In this document: positions 47,063-54,808 of the stretch, piece after piece | How the letters are laid out: the number at the start of each line of letters is the position of its first letter | How positions within the stretch are numbered: the first letter of the stretch is position 1 | From: an uncultured bacterium | Lineage (GTDB): Bacteria; Electryoneota; Electryoneia; Electryoneales; Electryoneaceae | Length of the DNA stretch: 54,808 nucleotides | Direction: 5' to 3' | NCBI GenBank assembly: GCA_964404605.1 | Contig: CAYOKT010000006.1 | Span: forward strand, 2,005-56,812 | Made by a program: the position numbers and the translations under genes | Notes under the pieces: model-generated | Databases searched by the model: none | What the model saw: only the letters and a program-made list of their open reading frames with translations | Told to the model about the DNA's origin: nothing

Positions 47063-48055
47063 ATGGACCTGTCGACCGTGAAACCCATGTATGTCCGCAT
47101 GTCGTTGAGAATCGTGCCGGCGGCGCTGGCGCTGCTCTTTCTGCTCACGGCGGCGGGGAAATTGCACGCCGCGGATGGTGAGATCGACTGGAGCCAGGTG
47201 AAACAGCGCCTCGTCAGCGACGGGGTCGATGAGCAGCTCGTGGACTCCCTCTTCAGCGACCCCCGTCTCGAGGTTGTCCCCAAGCTGATGCGGTTGAACA
47301 TGAAACAGCCGGACGCCACGCCGAGTTATAAGCGTTTCCTCGAGAAGGAGAGCATCATCGCCACCACGCGGTTCATGAAGAAACACCGGAAACGTATCGA
47401 AAGAGCCCTCGCCGGGACCAGGGTCGACCCGGCGATCGTCGTCGCCATCCTCCAGGTGGAATCCAGCCTGGGCCAGACCACGGGCGACTACCCGCTGATG
47501 AACGTCTATGCCACCCTGGCCCTGCTCGACAGCGACCAGCGCGACAAGGCGGACCCCAAGCTGTGGGACCACGTTCTCTCGGACCTGCCGCGCGAGGAGC
47601 GGGCCGCGGCCCGGCGGACCGTGCGTGAACGGGCGCGCCGCAAGGGACGCTGGGCCTACCGCCAGTTGAAAGCCCTCTGCCTGATGTCCGACAAGGGGTT
47701 CGACCCCTTCGAGGCCAGGGGCTCCTGGGCCGGCGCCTACGGCCTGCCCCAGTTCCTCCCCACCTCCCTCGAGGCGTACGGACGGGACGGGAACCAGGAT
47801 GGCCGGATCGACCTGGCGTCGATCGAGGACGCCGCCGCTTCCATCGCCAACTACCTGGAGGTACACCAGTACCGCAGCGACCAACCCGCCAAGCGGCGCA
47901 AGGCGGTGTGGAACTACAACCACAGCGACGAATACGTGGACTGCGTCCTTAACCTCGCCGCCCGTGTCGCCGCCGAGAGCGGCATGGGGGCCGAGTCCTG
48001 GGGAAAGTCCCAGGCGGTGAAGGAACAGGAAGCCGGGCGGGACACGGGGGAATGA
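47063..48055 (+). CDS. Lytic murein transglycosylase (MltB/SLT_2 family)
   Basis: Signal/anchor LRIVPAALALLFLLTAAG, catalytic region VAILQVESSLG, and later WAGAYGLPQFLPTS. The start is ambiguous among the ATGs at 47063, 47087 and 47099. Confidence 0.8.
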   Translation: MDLSTVKPMYVRMSLRIVPAALALLFLLTAAGKLHAADGEIDWSQVKQRLVSDGVDEQLVDSLFSDPRLEVVPKLMRLNMKQPDATPSYKRFLEKESIIATTRFMKKHRKRIERALAGTRVDPAIVVAILQVESSLGQTTGDYPLMNVYATLALLDSDQRDKADPKLWDHVLSDLPREERAAARRTVRERARRKGRWAYRQLKALCLMSDKGFDPFEARGSWAGAYGLPQFLPTSLEAYGRDGNQDGRIDLASIEDAAASIANYLEVHQYRSDQPAKRRKAVWNYNHSDEYVDCVLNLAARVAAESGMGAESWGKSQAVKEQEAGRDTGE

Positions 48056-48197
48056 TCGCGCTGTGCCTCTTCCCCCTCCCGGCCGGCGCGGGCCTGTCGA
48101 TGCGGGGGCGATGGACGGGGCGGGCCGCCTCTTACTGCCCGCAACGGCTTCGTTTCCGGGGCGTTTCCCGGGCGGAGGCGGCCCCCACCCGCGCACG

Positions 48198-48226
48198 TTG
48201 ACTTTCTTGGGGAGCCCCTCTATCTT
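48198..48226 (+). promoter_or_regulatory. Sigma70-like promoter for tRNA-Glu
   Basis: TTGACT-17 nt-TATCTT, about 43 nt upstream of the tRNA 5' end. Confidence 0.45.
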
Positions 48227-48268
48227 TCGCGGGTCGCGCCGCCGAAGGGCGCGGACAAAAGGATGATC

Positions 48269-48342
48269 GGCGCGTTCGTTCAGCGGTAAGGACGCCGGCC
48301 TCTCACGCCGGAAACACGGGTTCGATTCCCGTACGCGCTACC
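48269..48342 (+). tRNA. tRNA-Glu: tRNA-Glu (anticodon CUC)
   Basis: Hand-folded cloverleaf. Acceptor GGCGCGT/ACGCGCT, D-arm GTT...GAC, anticodon stem CCGGC/GCCGG with loop CTCTCAC, 4-nt variable loop, T-arm ACGGG-TTCGATT-CCCGT, discriminator A then CC. Position 1:72 would be a G-U pair. Confidence 0.85.
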
Positions 48343-48359
48343 GGGGCATATCGGTTCCA

Positions 48360-48399
48360 GTGAAACGCTTTCGGCTTGAGAAGGCCGGAAGCGTTTCAC
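48360..48399. terminator. Long hairpin between tRNA-Glu and the convergent TonB-receptor gene
   Basis: GTGAAACGCTTTCGGC-8 nt-GCCGGAAGCGTTTCAC (16-bp stem, one mismatch). It includes the receptor stop codon. Confidence 0.5.
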
Positions 48400-50849
48400 T
48401 CCGGCCCCTCTCCCCGCTCCTGGAGGAGGTCGATCTCCAGGTTACGTTCCCGCTGTTTCCGCCGGTCCTGGTTGAAGCGGTAGGTCACGGTGAGGGCGAA
48501 GGTTCTCGAACGCCGCCGGAAGTCCATCTTCGAATAGAAGCTGTCCGCGAAGGTCTCCATCGACATCCTGCGCGTGTTGAACAGGTCCCGCACCCCCAGC
48601 GTGATGCTCGTCTTACCCTGCAGGATCGACCGGCTGGCGGCGAGATCGAAGGCATAAATCGCCTTGCGCTTCCCCTGCACCGTGTTGCGGGGCCCACGGT
48701 AGAAGAACCGGGCCTGCAACTGGCTGGCGTGGTTGAAATTCACCCGGGCGCTGAGACGGGCGAACCAGCTGTAGGTGTCGCTCTCCAGGTTCTCCCCCTC
48801 GACTGTTCCATCAGTGATCGCCCGGAAGAAATTGCCATTCCCCTGGAGGGTGAGCCACCTGCCGAATCTCCTCGATGCGATCAACTCGATGCCATAGGAA
48901 TCGCGGATGGAGAGATTATGGGGCTCACCGATGACAAGCGAATCGACGGCCGTTTGCAGAAACTCGATCACGCCGTCGGTGTGACGGTAGTAGAGGCTCG
49001 CGCTCACCGTCCCCGTTTTCCCGGTGCGGAGGTTTTTTACTTCGAAGGATTGGGTGTATTCCGGGTCCAGCTTCGGGTTTCCCCGCCGGATGTTCTTCGA
49101 GTCGGCGTAGTTCCAGAAGGGGATCAGGAACCAGAATCGCGGCCTGTTCAACCGCCGGCTGTAACTCAACTGGAGGGAGTTCGCCTTCGAGAAATCACGG
49201 GCCAGGCTGACGCTGGGAAACAGGTCGAAGTACTCCCGCCGGTAGGTGTCGTTCGTCGTCCGATACTCGGTGTTGATGTCCGAATACTCCCCGCGCAGCC
49301 CGAGCTGGTAGGAGAGGGACCCCGCCCGGTTCTGATAGGTCGCGTAGGCCGCATGGATGCCCTCGCGATAGCGCAAGTCATTCGTGAAATAGTCCAGCCG
49401 GTTCGCTTGGCCATCCTCGAGAATCTCATCGACGATGTATTCATGGGTGAGATCCCTGAATCGGCTCTTCACGCCGAGTTCGACCTTGCCGACCTCCGAA
49501 AAGGGGTTCGTGTAATCGACCTGGAAGAGGCCGGATGACTCATCCTGCAGGCTGGACACGTCCTGTTGCCGGGCCGGCTGGTCCGTGACGCCCGGGAGGA
49601 CGCCGTACACTCTCTCCTCGACGGTCGAATGCTCCCGTTCCGACCCCGTTTCCATCTTGAAGTCCGCGGTCAGCTCGTGCCCCTTGTCATTGAAGGTGTG
49701 CTTGTAGCCCATATCGGTGCCGTACCACCTGTCCATCTCGTCCTCGGGGGTATTGCGGACGCTCCGGGACAACAGGTTTTCGTCGAGATCATAGTACCGG
49801 TAATTGATGTCCATCCGGTTGTCGTCCTCGCCATAATAATGGTAAGCGGAGACGGTAAAAGTGTTCTGCTTATCAAGAAACAGTTCGATGCCCGGCTTGA
49901 CGATGTTCGACCAGCGTTTCCTGTTTATCTCCCTTTCTCCATCGAGAATGTTATACGGCGCATCACCGTAAAAACGCTGGTGACTGCTCCCGCCTCCGAT
50001 GTCGCTGCGGTATTTGATCCCCTCGTTGAGGAAATAGTTGATCTTGCGGTAACGGTAATTCACGTTGGCTGAAGCGCCATAACGGGCCGGCACCCCGGTG
50101 GAGGCCTCGAGGGTGCCGTTCAGCCCCCGCCGCCTCTCCTTCTTCAGCACGATGTTGATGATCCCCGCCACACCCTCCGCATCATACTTGGCGGAAGGGT
50201 TGGTGATCACCTCGATCCGGTCGAGCTGGTTCGCCGGCAGTTGCTGCAGGGCTTCCGCGCTGTTGAGGCCGAGCCGGCTCGAGGGCTTCCCATCGATCAG
50301 GATCCTGACATTCTGGTTGCCGCGGAGGCTGACATTCCCCTCGACATCGACCGTCACCGAGGGAACATTCTCCAGCGCCTCGGAGACCGACCCCCCGGCG
50401 GCGGTTATATCCTTGCCGACACGATAGACCACCTTGTCCGGGGCGATGCGAAGTTCACTCCTCTCCGCCCGCATCTCCACGGTGGGAAGGGAAAGAACCG
50501 AGGGGCGAAGTTCAATCCGCTTCAACTCGGCGCGCGGGGTTTCATCGCCCAGGGTGACCCGCCTGACCCAGTGCGATTCGTACCCCATCACCTGGACCTT
50601 GATGTCGTAGGAACCGGAAGCCAGGCGGACGAGGAAAAACGCGCCCTGCTCATCCGTGGTGGTGCCGCGGGCGAGGCTGTCCGTCCCCGAGGGGTACACG
50701 AGGACTTCCGCGTGGGGAACAGCCTGCCCTGTCTCCCGATCCACGACCCGGCCGACGATGGAGAAACCCGTCTTCGCCGCCGCGGGGGAAAACAGAAAGA
50801 GCAAGGATGAACAGATCAAGATGAACCGTGCAACGGACCCATGTCTCAT
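48396..50849 (-). CDS. TonB-dependent receptor / outer-membrane beta-barrel family protein with an N-terminal CarboxypepD_reg domain
   Basis: Trimmed to MRHGSVARFILICSSLLFLFSPAAA. Carboxypeptidase-regulatory-like domain (GRVVDRETGQAVPHAEVLV), plug region (NVSLRGNQNVRILIDGKPS, RIEVITNPSAKYDAEG), then a long barrel. Confidence 0.85.
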   Translation of the reverse strand: MRHGSVARFILICSSLLFLFSPAAAKTGFSIVGRVVDRETGQAVPHAEVLVYPSGTDSLARGTTTDEQGAFFLVRLASGSYDIKVQVMGYESHWVRRVTLGDETPRAELKRIELRPSVLSLPTVEMRAERSELRIAPDKVVYRVGKDITAAGGSVSEALENVPSVTVDVEGNVSLRGNQNVRILIDGKPSSRLGLNSAEALQQLPANQLDRIEVITNPSAKYDAEGVAGIINIVLKKERRRGLNGTLEASTGVPARYGASANVNYRYRKINYFLNEGIKYRSDIGGGSSHQRFYGDAPYNILDGEREINRKRWSNIVKPGIELFLDKQNTFTVSAYHYYGEDDNRMDINYRYYDLDENLLSRSVRNTPEDEMDRWYGTDMGYKHTFNDKGHELTADFKMETGSEREHSTVEERVYGVLPGVTDQPARQQDVSSLQDESSGLFQVDYTNPFSEVGKVELGVKSRFRDLTHEYIVDEILEDGQANRLDYFTNDLRYREGIHAAYATYQNRAGSLSYQLGLRGEYSDINTEYRTTNDTYRREYFDLFPSVSLARDFSKANSLQLSYSRRLNRPRFWFLIPFWNYADSKNIRRGNPKLDPEYTQSFEVKNLRTGKTGTVSASLYYRHTDGVIEFLQTAVDSLVIGEPHNLSIRDSYGIELIASRRFGRWLTLQGNGNFFRAITDGTVEGENLESDTYSWFARLSARVNFNHASQLQARFFYRGPRNTVQGKRKAIYAFDLAASRSILQGKTSITLGVRDLFNTRRMSMETFADSFYSKMDFRRRSRTFALTVTYRFNQDRRKQRERNLEIDLLQERGEGPE

Positions 50850-51142
50850 CGAGGTGTTCCCCGGGTATGTTCTTGCTTGCAGCATCCCGCCGGTCCGGTC
50901 AGCGCCCCTTAAGGCGTCCGCCGCCCGGGTGGAAGGGCGGCTGCGCAGCCGACTTGCGGACAACGTAGGAAGAAGGCGCGCCCGGAAAGAAGGCCCCTGC
51001 CGTCAGGATAGAGACGCGCGAGGGGCCCGGAAGTTTGTCCCCCTCCGCGCGGCGCGGCGGAGAACAGGATGGGGGAGCGGCGGGCAGGAGACCTCCTTAC
51101 GGGCGCAAGAAATTCTCCCGGTGCAGTGCTACTGACCAACCC

Positions 51143-52117
51143 TCAGCGCCGGAAACGGTACTTCTGGTACGCCTGCCCGTCCACGGTGGAGATCCACCCG
51201 CCCCCCTCCAGCGGGAGCGCGTCGATCTGGTGCATCCCCATCGTCGTCCACCACTCCCCGGACGGCGCGAGCACCGGGTTCTCGTCCACCGGCTCCTCGG
51301 CGTACCGCGTGGGGCTGAGTTCCGTGATCCGGAAGGCCAGCACCTGGTTGCCGTAGGTCGGCAGGCAGTCCTGCGCGATCCGGTACCAGGAACCGTCCAT
51401 CTGCAGCATCCGCCCGCCGGGGCGCGACATGTTCGCATCGCCCTGCACGATGGGGCTCATCGGGTGCTCCTTCCACGGCCCGGTGAGGCTCTCGGCGAAG
51501 TAGAGGCGGGTGGTGTCCCACTGTTCGTAATCCGTGGCCCCGATCAGGTACCAGACATCGTCCTGCCGGAACAGGCTCGGGTCCACCATCTGCGTGGGGA
51601 TAATGGTCTTGACGTATTCCCACTTGTAGGGGAACTCGGTCGCATGGTAGAGCCGGGCGGAGGACTTCTGCCAGGATTCCGGGATCAGGTAATACTCCCC
51701 CTCCCACTTGAACACCTGCGGGTAGGAGAGGTGAAAGGGCTCCTCGAGGACCACCCGGTCATAGGTCCACTTTTGGCCGTCCTCGCTCGTCGCCACCGCG
51801 AGCACCCCCTTGCCGTACGGGTCCGCGAGCGCGACCTCGAGGAACAGGTACCAGCGGTCCCCCTCGCGCACGAGGAAGGGGTCGGCGACGAAGAGGGCAT
51901 TGCGGTCGGTGACGTCCTTGTAGGTGAGCACCGGGTTCCTGATATCCGGCGGGTCTTTCAGCGAGAAGGGCGTGTCGCCCTTGTAGACCCCGATGGACCA
52001 GATGAGTTCCTCGCGGACATTGTCGATGTAGTCCCGGCGCCGGTCTCCGGCGAAGAACGCCCCGATGATGAGCACCACCGCCACAACCGCCCAGACGAAC
52101 GCGCGTCCCTTTTTCAT
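51143..52117 (-). CDS. Membrane-anchored beta-propeller protein, GH43-like glycosyl-hydrolase fold (tentative)
   Basis: 324 aa with an N-terminal TM anchor (FVWAVVAVVLIIGAFFA). Repeated Trp/Tyr-rich blades (ADPFLVREGDRWYLF, YPQVFKWEGEYYLIPE, DPSLFRQDDVWYLIG). Family call is from pattern memory. Confidence 0.55.
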   Translation of the reverse strand: MKKGRAFVWAVVAVVLIIGAFFAGDRRRDYIDNVREELIWSIGVYKGDTPFSLKDPPDIRNPVLTYKDVTDRNALFVADPFLVREGDRWYLFLEVALADPYGKGVLAVATSEDGQKWTYDRVVLEEPFHLSYPQVFKWEGEYYLIPESWQKSSARLYHATEFPYKWEYVKTIIPTQMVDPSLFRQDDVWYLIGATDYEQWDTTRLYFAESLTGPWKEHPMSPIVQGDANMSRPGGRMLQMDGSWYRIAQDCLPTYGNQVLAFRITELSPTRYAEEPVDENPVLAPSGEWWTTMGMHQIDALPLEGGGWISTVDGQAYQKYRFRR

Positions 52118-52433
52118 GGCTCCCCCCTTTCTCCACTCCGGGCCCCGCCGCCCGGGGAAAATCCCACGACTGCTGCCTCTTCGTCACCGGAAGCTACACC
52201 GTCACTTTTGAAAACTCAATCCTGTTTCTTCGCCGCCCCGCCGGGTCATCCACCGGCGGAATACGGACACCACCCTCCCCGCCGCGCCGCGCCCGCACGC
52301 CGGCTATCCCTCCGCCGGCTCCCCGGGCGGAGCCGGGCGGCGTCCCCCGTCACACGCGACAAGGGGTGAAAAGACTACATTGAAAACGGAACCTCCCGGG
52401 ATAACCGGCCGTTTGGAATAGAAGGAAATCATC

Positions 52434-54584
52434 ATGCGCCGCCTGCTGCTCCTGCTGACGCTCCTCCTCGCCGCCGCCCCCGCGCTGAGGGCGCAGACCG
52501 ACACGCTCCGCTTCTGCACCTACAACCTGCTGAACTGGAGCGAATCCACCGGCGGCAGCCGGGTGGACGACTTCGCCACCGTGCTCGACAGCATTCAGCC
52601 GGACCTGGTCGCCGTGCAGGAGATGGTGACTTCCGGCGGGGCGGACCTGTTCCTGCAGGAGGTGCTCGGCGGGGCGCCGTGGGCGCGCTCGAGCTTCACC
52701 AGCGGCGTGCAGTACGATGTCGTCCTCTACTACCGCGGCGACCGCTTCGTGCTGCTCAACCGGAGCACGGTGTCCACCGACCTGCGGACGATCGAGATCT
52801 ACGAGGTACGGCGCATCGGCGACCCGGAAGGTCCCATCCTCTTCGTCGCCTCGACCCACCTGAAGGCGAGCCAGGGGACCGACAACGAGCAGCGCCGTCT
52901 CAGCGAGGTGAACGACTTCCTCGCCTTCCTCGACAGCCACGGCCTCAACGACGACGAGGTCCTCTTCTGCGGCGACTTCAACTTCTACCGCAGCAGCGAA
53001 CCCGGCTACCAGGCGCTGATGGAGGATTCGCGCTTCCTCGACCCGATTTCATCACCGGGCAACTGGCACGACAACGCGCAGTTCTCCTTCCTGCACACGC
53101 AGAGCCCGCGGACCACCTCCTTCGGCGGGGGCGCCACCGGCGGGCTGGATGACCGCTTCGATTTCGTCCTCGCAACGCCCGCGCTGTTCGACGGCGGCGG
53201 GTGGGATTACCTCGACGGCAGCTACACCTCGTTCGGCAATGACGGCAACCACCTCAACCAGGCGATCAACAGCGGCACCAACAGCGCCGTCAGCGCCGAG
53301 GTCGCGGACGCCCTGCACGACGCCTCCGACCACCTGCCGGTGTTCATCGACCTGCTCTACACCGCCACGCCGAGACTGTTCGCAAAGGTCGAGCCCGTCG
53401 ACGGGGCCGTGGTCTACGACCTCACCGTTCCCCTCCTCTGGCGGCCCGCGCCCGGCGACACCCTGCCGGATCCCTTCCTCTACGAGGTGCAGTGGACCCC
53501 GGATACCACCTTCACCGCACCGGAATCGGCCGTGACGACGGACACCGCGCTGGTCCTCGCCGGCCTCGCGGACCTGGCCACCTACCGCTGGCGGGTCTTC
53601 CACGCGGAGGGCGGCGGGGATACGCTGTGGGCGGATGACGACGACGCGGGGTGGAGCTTCAGCACGGACGCGGTCCAGGCGCCCGCACCCTTCTCCCTCC
53701 TCAGCCCGGCGGACGGCGACACGGTCTGGATGGACGAGGCCGACTTCCGCTGGCAGGCCAGCGGCGACCTGAACCCCTTCGACACCGTGCACTACGATGT
53801 CTGGCTGGACACCCTGCCCGACCTCTCCACCGCCACCCTCATCGCCGACAGCACGGCGGACACGACGCTTCACTTCGGGTGGCTGGCCGACGACACGGAA
53901 TTCTTCTGGGCCGTGCGAGCCACCGACAGCAACACCCCGGGCACCTGGTCGGACACCGCGGGCTTCCGCGTCTTCCTCCCCCAGCCGCCCGACCCCTTCG
54001 CGCTGGTCTCGCCCCCCGACAGCACGGAGTTCCCCGACAGCCGCGACTTTCCGCTCGAGTTCCAGTGGGAGGCGGCGAGCGACCCCGACCCCGGCGACTC
54101 GATCCGCTATGAGCTCCAGCTCGCCCTCGACCCGGATTTCACCGAGGGGCTCGGTTTCTTCGCCGGGAGCGAACTTCACTACGAGGTGGACCGGCTCGAC
54201 CGGGCGAACTACTGGTGGCGGGTGGTCGCGATGGACCGGTACGGCCTCTCCACCCCCTCGCTGGAGAGTTGGCGGCTGGATGTGACCCTCTTCGCGGCGG
54301 AGTCCGCCGCCCTGCCCTCGGACTACGCCCTCGAGGCGGTCTACCCCAACCCCTTCAACCCGACCGCGCGGGTGCGGCTGAGCCTGCCGGAGGCGGCCGA
54401 CCTGCGGCTCGAGGTGTACAACCTCCTCGGGCAGCGGGTGGCGGTGCTCCTGCGCGGGCGGGTGGGCGCGGGGGTGCACACGGTCACCTTCGACGCCTCC
54501 TCCTTCGCCAGCGGGGTGTACATCGTCCGCGCCGTCATCCCCGGCAGGCTGGACGCCCGCCGGCGGGTGGTGTTGCTGCGCTAA
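52434..54584 (+). CDS. Secreted endonuclease/exonuclease/phosphatase (EEP) family protein with three tandem repeats and a T9SS C-terminal sorting domain
   Basis: Signal peptide. EEP motifs (YNLLNW, VAVQEM, GDFNF, DHLPVF). Three ~100-aa repeats at 53370..54290. C-terminus AVYPNPFNPTARVRLSLP...LEVYNLLGQRV...GVHTVTFD...SGVYIVR matches the type A Por/T9SS sorting domain. Confidence 0.85.
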   Translation: MRRLLLLLTLLLAAAPALRAQTDTLRFCTYNLLNWSESTGGSRVDDFATVLDSIQPDLVAVQEMVTSGGADLFLQEVLGGAPWARSSFTSGVQYDVVLYYRGDRFVLLNRSTVSTDLRTIEIYEVRRIGDPEGPILFVASTHLKASQGTDNEQRRLSEVNDFLAFLDSHGLNDDEVLFCGDFNFYRSSEPGYQALMEDSRFLDPISSPGNWHDNAQFSFLHTQSPRTTSFGGGATGGLDDRFDFVLATPALFDGGGWDYLDGSYTSFGNDGNHLNQAINSGTNSAVSAEVADALHDASDHLPVFIDLLYTATPRLFAKVEPVDGAVVYDLTVPLLWRPAPGDTLPDPFLYEVQWTPDTTFTAPESAVTTDTALVLAGLADLATYRWRVFHAEGGGDTLWADDDDAGWSFSTDAVQAPAPFSLLSPADGDTVWMDEADFRWQASGDLNPFDTVHYDVWLDTLPDLSTATLIADSTADTTLHFGWLADDTEFFWAVRATDSNTPGTWSDTAGFRVFLPQPPDPFALVSPPDSTEFPDSRDFPLEFQWEAASDPDPGDSIRYELQLALDPDFTEGLGFFAGSELHYEVDRLDRANYWWRVVAMDRYGLSTPSLESWRLDVTLFAAESAALPSDYALEAVYPNPFNPTARVRLSLPEAADLRLEVYNLLGQRVAVLLRGRVGAGVHTVTFDASSFASGVYIVRAVIPGRLDARRRVVLLR

Positions 54585-54664
54585 GCCGAAGGGACTTCCC
54601 GTCCCGAGCCCCGAACGCGACGGCTCGCGCTCACTCCGTCCGCAACGTGACCTTGGCAGGGTGG

Positions 54665-54702
54665 CCCGGGACTTGTCCGCCGTGGCGGACTTCAGTCCCG
54701 GG
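54665..54702. terminator. Strong composite hairpin between convergent genes (probable bidirectional terminator)
   Basis: CCCGGGACT-T-GTCCGC-CGTG-GCGGAC-TTC-AGTCCCGGG, followed by TTTCAT on the plus strand. It starts 81 nt after the EEP gene stop. Confidence 0.5.
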
Positions 54703-54715
54703 TTTCATATCGCTC

Positions 54716-54808
54716 TCACTCCTCCCGCAGCGTAACCTCAACCCGGCCGTCCCCGGTGGGCAGCAGCACCTCGACCACGCCGCCGCGCCCGGGCAGATGG
54801 CGCCAGGC
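54716..54808 (-). CDS. C-terminal fragment of an unidentified gene running out of the window
   Basis: An open frame from the window edge to the stop at 54716 reads AWRHLPGRGGVVEVLLPTGDGRVEVTLREE. It is too short to assign. Confidence 0.3.
   Translation of the reverse strand, partial: AWRHLPGRGGVVEVLLPTGDGRVEVTLREE

Noticed and set aside
43408-47319. Minus-strand ORFs 43408..44733, 44738..46033 and 45943..47319 opposite the three-gene plus-strand unit
   Set aside because: Their products are Arg/Pro/Gly-rich with no signal peptides or motifs. The plus-strand frames give signal peptides, a zinc ribbon and coupled starts. Coding-potential statistics would be worth running because the plus-strand proteins are themselves uncharacterised.
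51083-51096. GGCAGGAGACCTCC, reminiscent of the cobalamin-riboswitch B12 box, in the spacer upstream of the TonB receptor
   Set aside because: It lies on the plus strand while the receptor is transcribed on the minus strand. No other cobalamin-riboswitch core elements were seen in the 290-nt leader. An Rfam scan of 50850..51142 (minus strand) would settle it.
53052-54479. 475-aa minus-strand ORF opposite the EEP/T9SS gene
   Set aside because: The plus strand encodes recognisable EEP motifs and a T9SS sorting domain. The minus-strand product is low complexity.
54631-54708. 25-codon minus-strand ORF (MKPGTEVRHGGQVPGHPAKVTLRTE) whose end resembles the upstream gene's C-terminus; considered as a tandem small-peptide (RiPP-like) gene
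   Set aside because: Almost all of it is occupied by the strong terminator-like hairpin. The C-terminal similarity is explained by the 24-nt DNA duplication. There is no SD and no biosynthetic genes in view.
1-54808. Looked for CRISPR arrays, rRNA genes, transposases, integrases and prophage genes
   Set aside because: No regularly spaced repeats, rRNA-like conserved blocks or DDE/tyrosine-recombinase-like ORFs were recognised anywhere in the window.

Overview
High-GC (about 60-75% by eye) bacterial chromosomal window, densely coding and mostly on the minus strand. The left 12.6 kb is a near-complete dissimilatory sulfite reductase (dsr) locus read on the minus strand: yeiH-like transporter, dsrA, dsrB, dsrD, dsrL, dsrC, dsrN, TPR gene, dsrT-like gene, dsrM, dsrK, dsrJ and dsrO, which is cut by the window edge. 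It combines the reductive marker dsrD with a dsrL carrying a YRR motif. Next come an NYN-domain gene, an EIIA(Ntr)-like gene coupled to a sodium:solute symporter, an outer-membrane protein, a lower-GC Phd/AbrB-Doc toxin-antitoxin cassette with a frameshifted doc, a large secreted hypothetical, asd and an acyl-CoA dehydrogenase. The middle holds the canonical yceD-rpmF-plsX-fabHDG-acpP-fabF-rnc cluster and ackA. After that is a chain of genes with 4-nt start/stop overlaps (smpB, polyprenyl synthase, apbE, GT9, waaA), followed 3 nt later by a fused double ABC ATPase. The right third is envelope-oriented: ALDH7-like dehydrogenase, FmdB zinc ribbon, mltF, O-antigen-ligase-like protein, and a coupled three-gene unit (PorV-like barrel, 595-aa barrel-like protein, zinc-ribbon protein with an RNxxxH HEPN-like C-terminus). 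Then come mltB, tRNA-Glu(CUC), a TonB-dependent receptor, a GH43-like propeller and an EEP-domain protein with three tandem repeats and a type IX secretion C-terminal domain. The T9SS domain and CarboxypepD_reg receptor suggest an FCB-group-like organism (inference). No rRNA, CRISPR array, transposase or integrase was seen. Many long ORFs in the track are antisense shadows of real genes and were rejected. Coordinates read directly from the sequence (RNA, hairpins, motifs) may be off by 1-2 nt.
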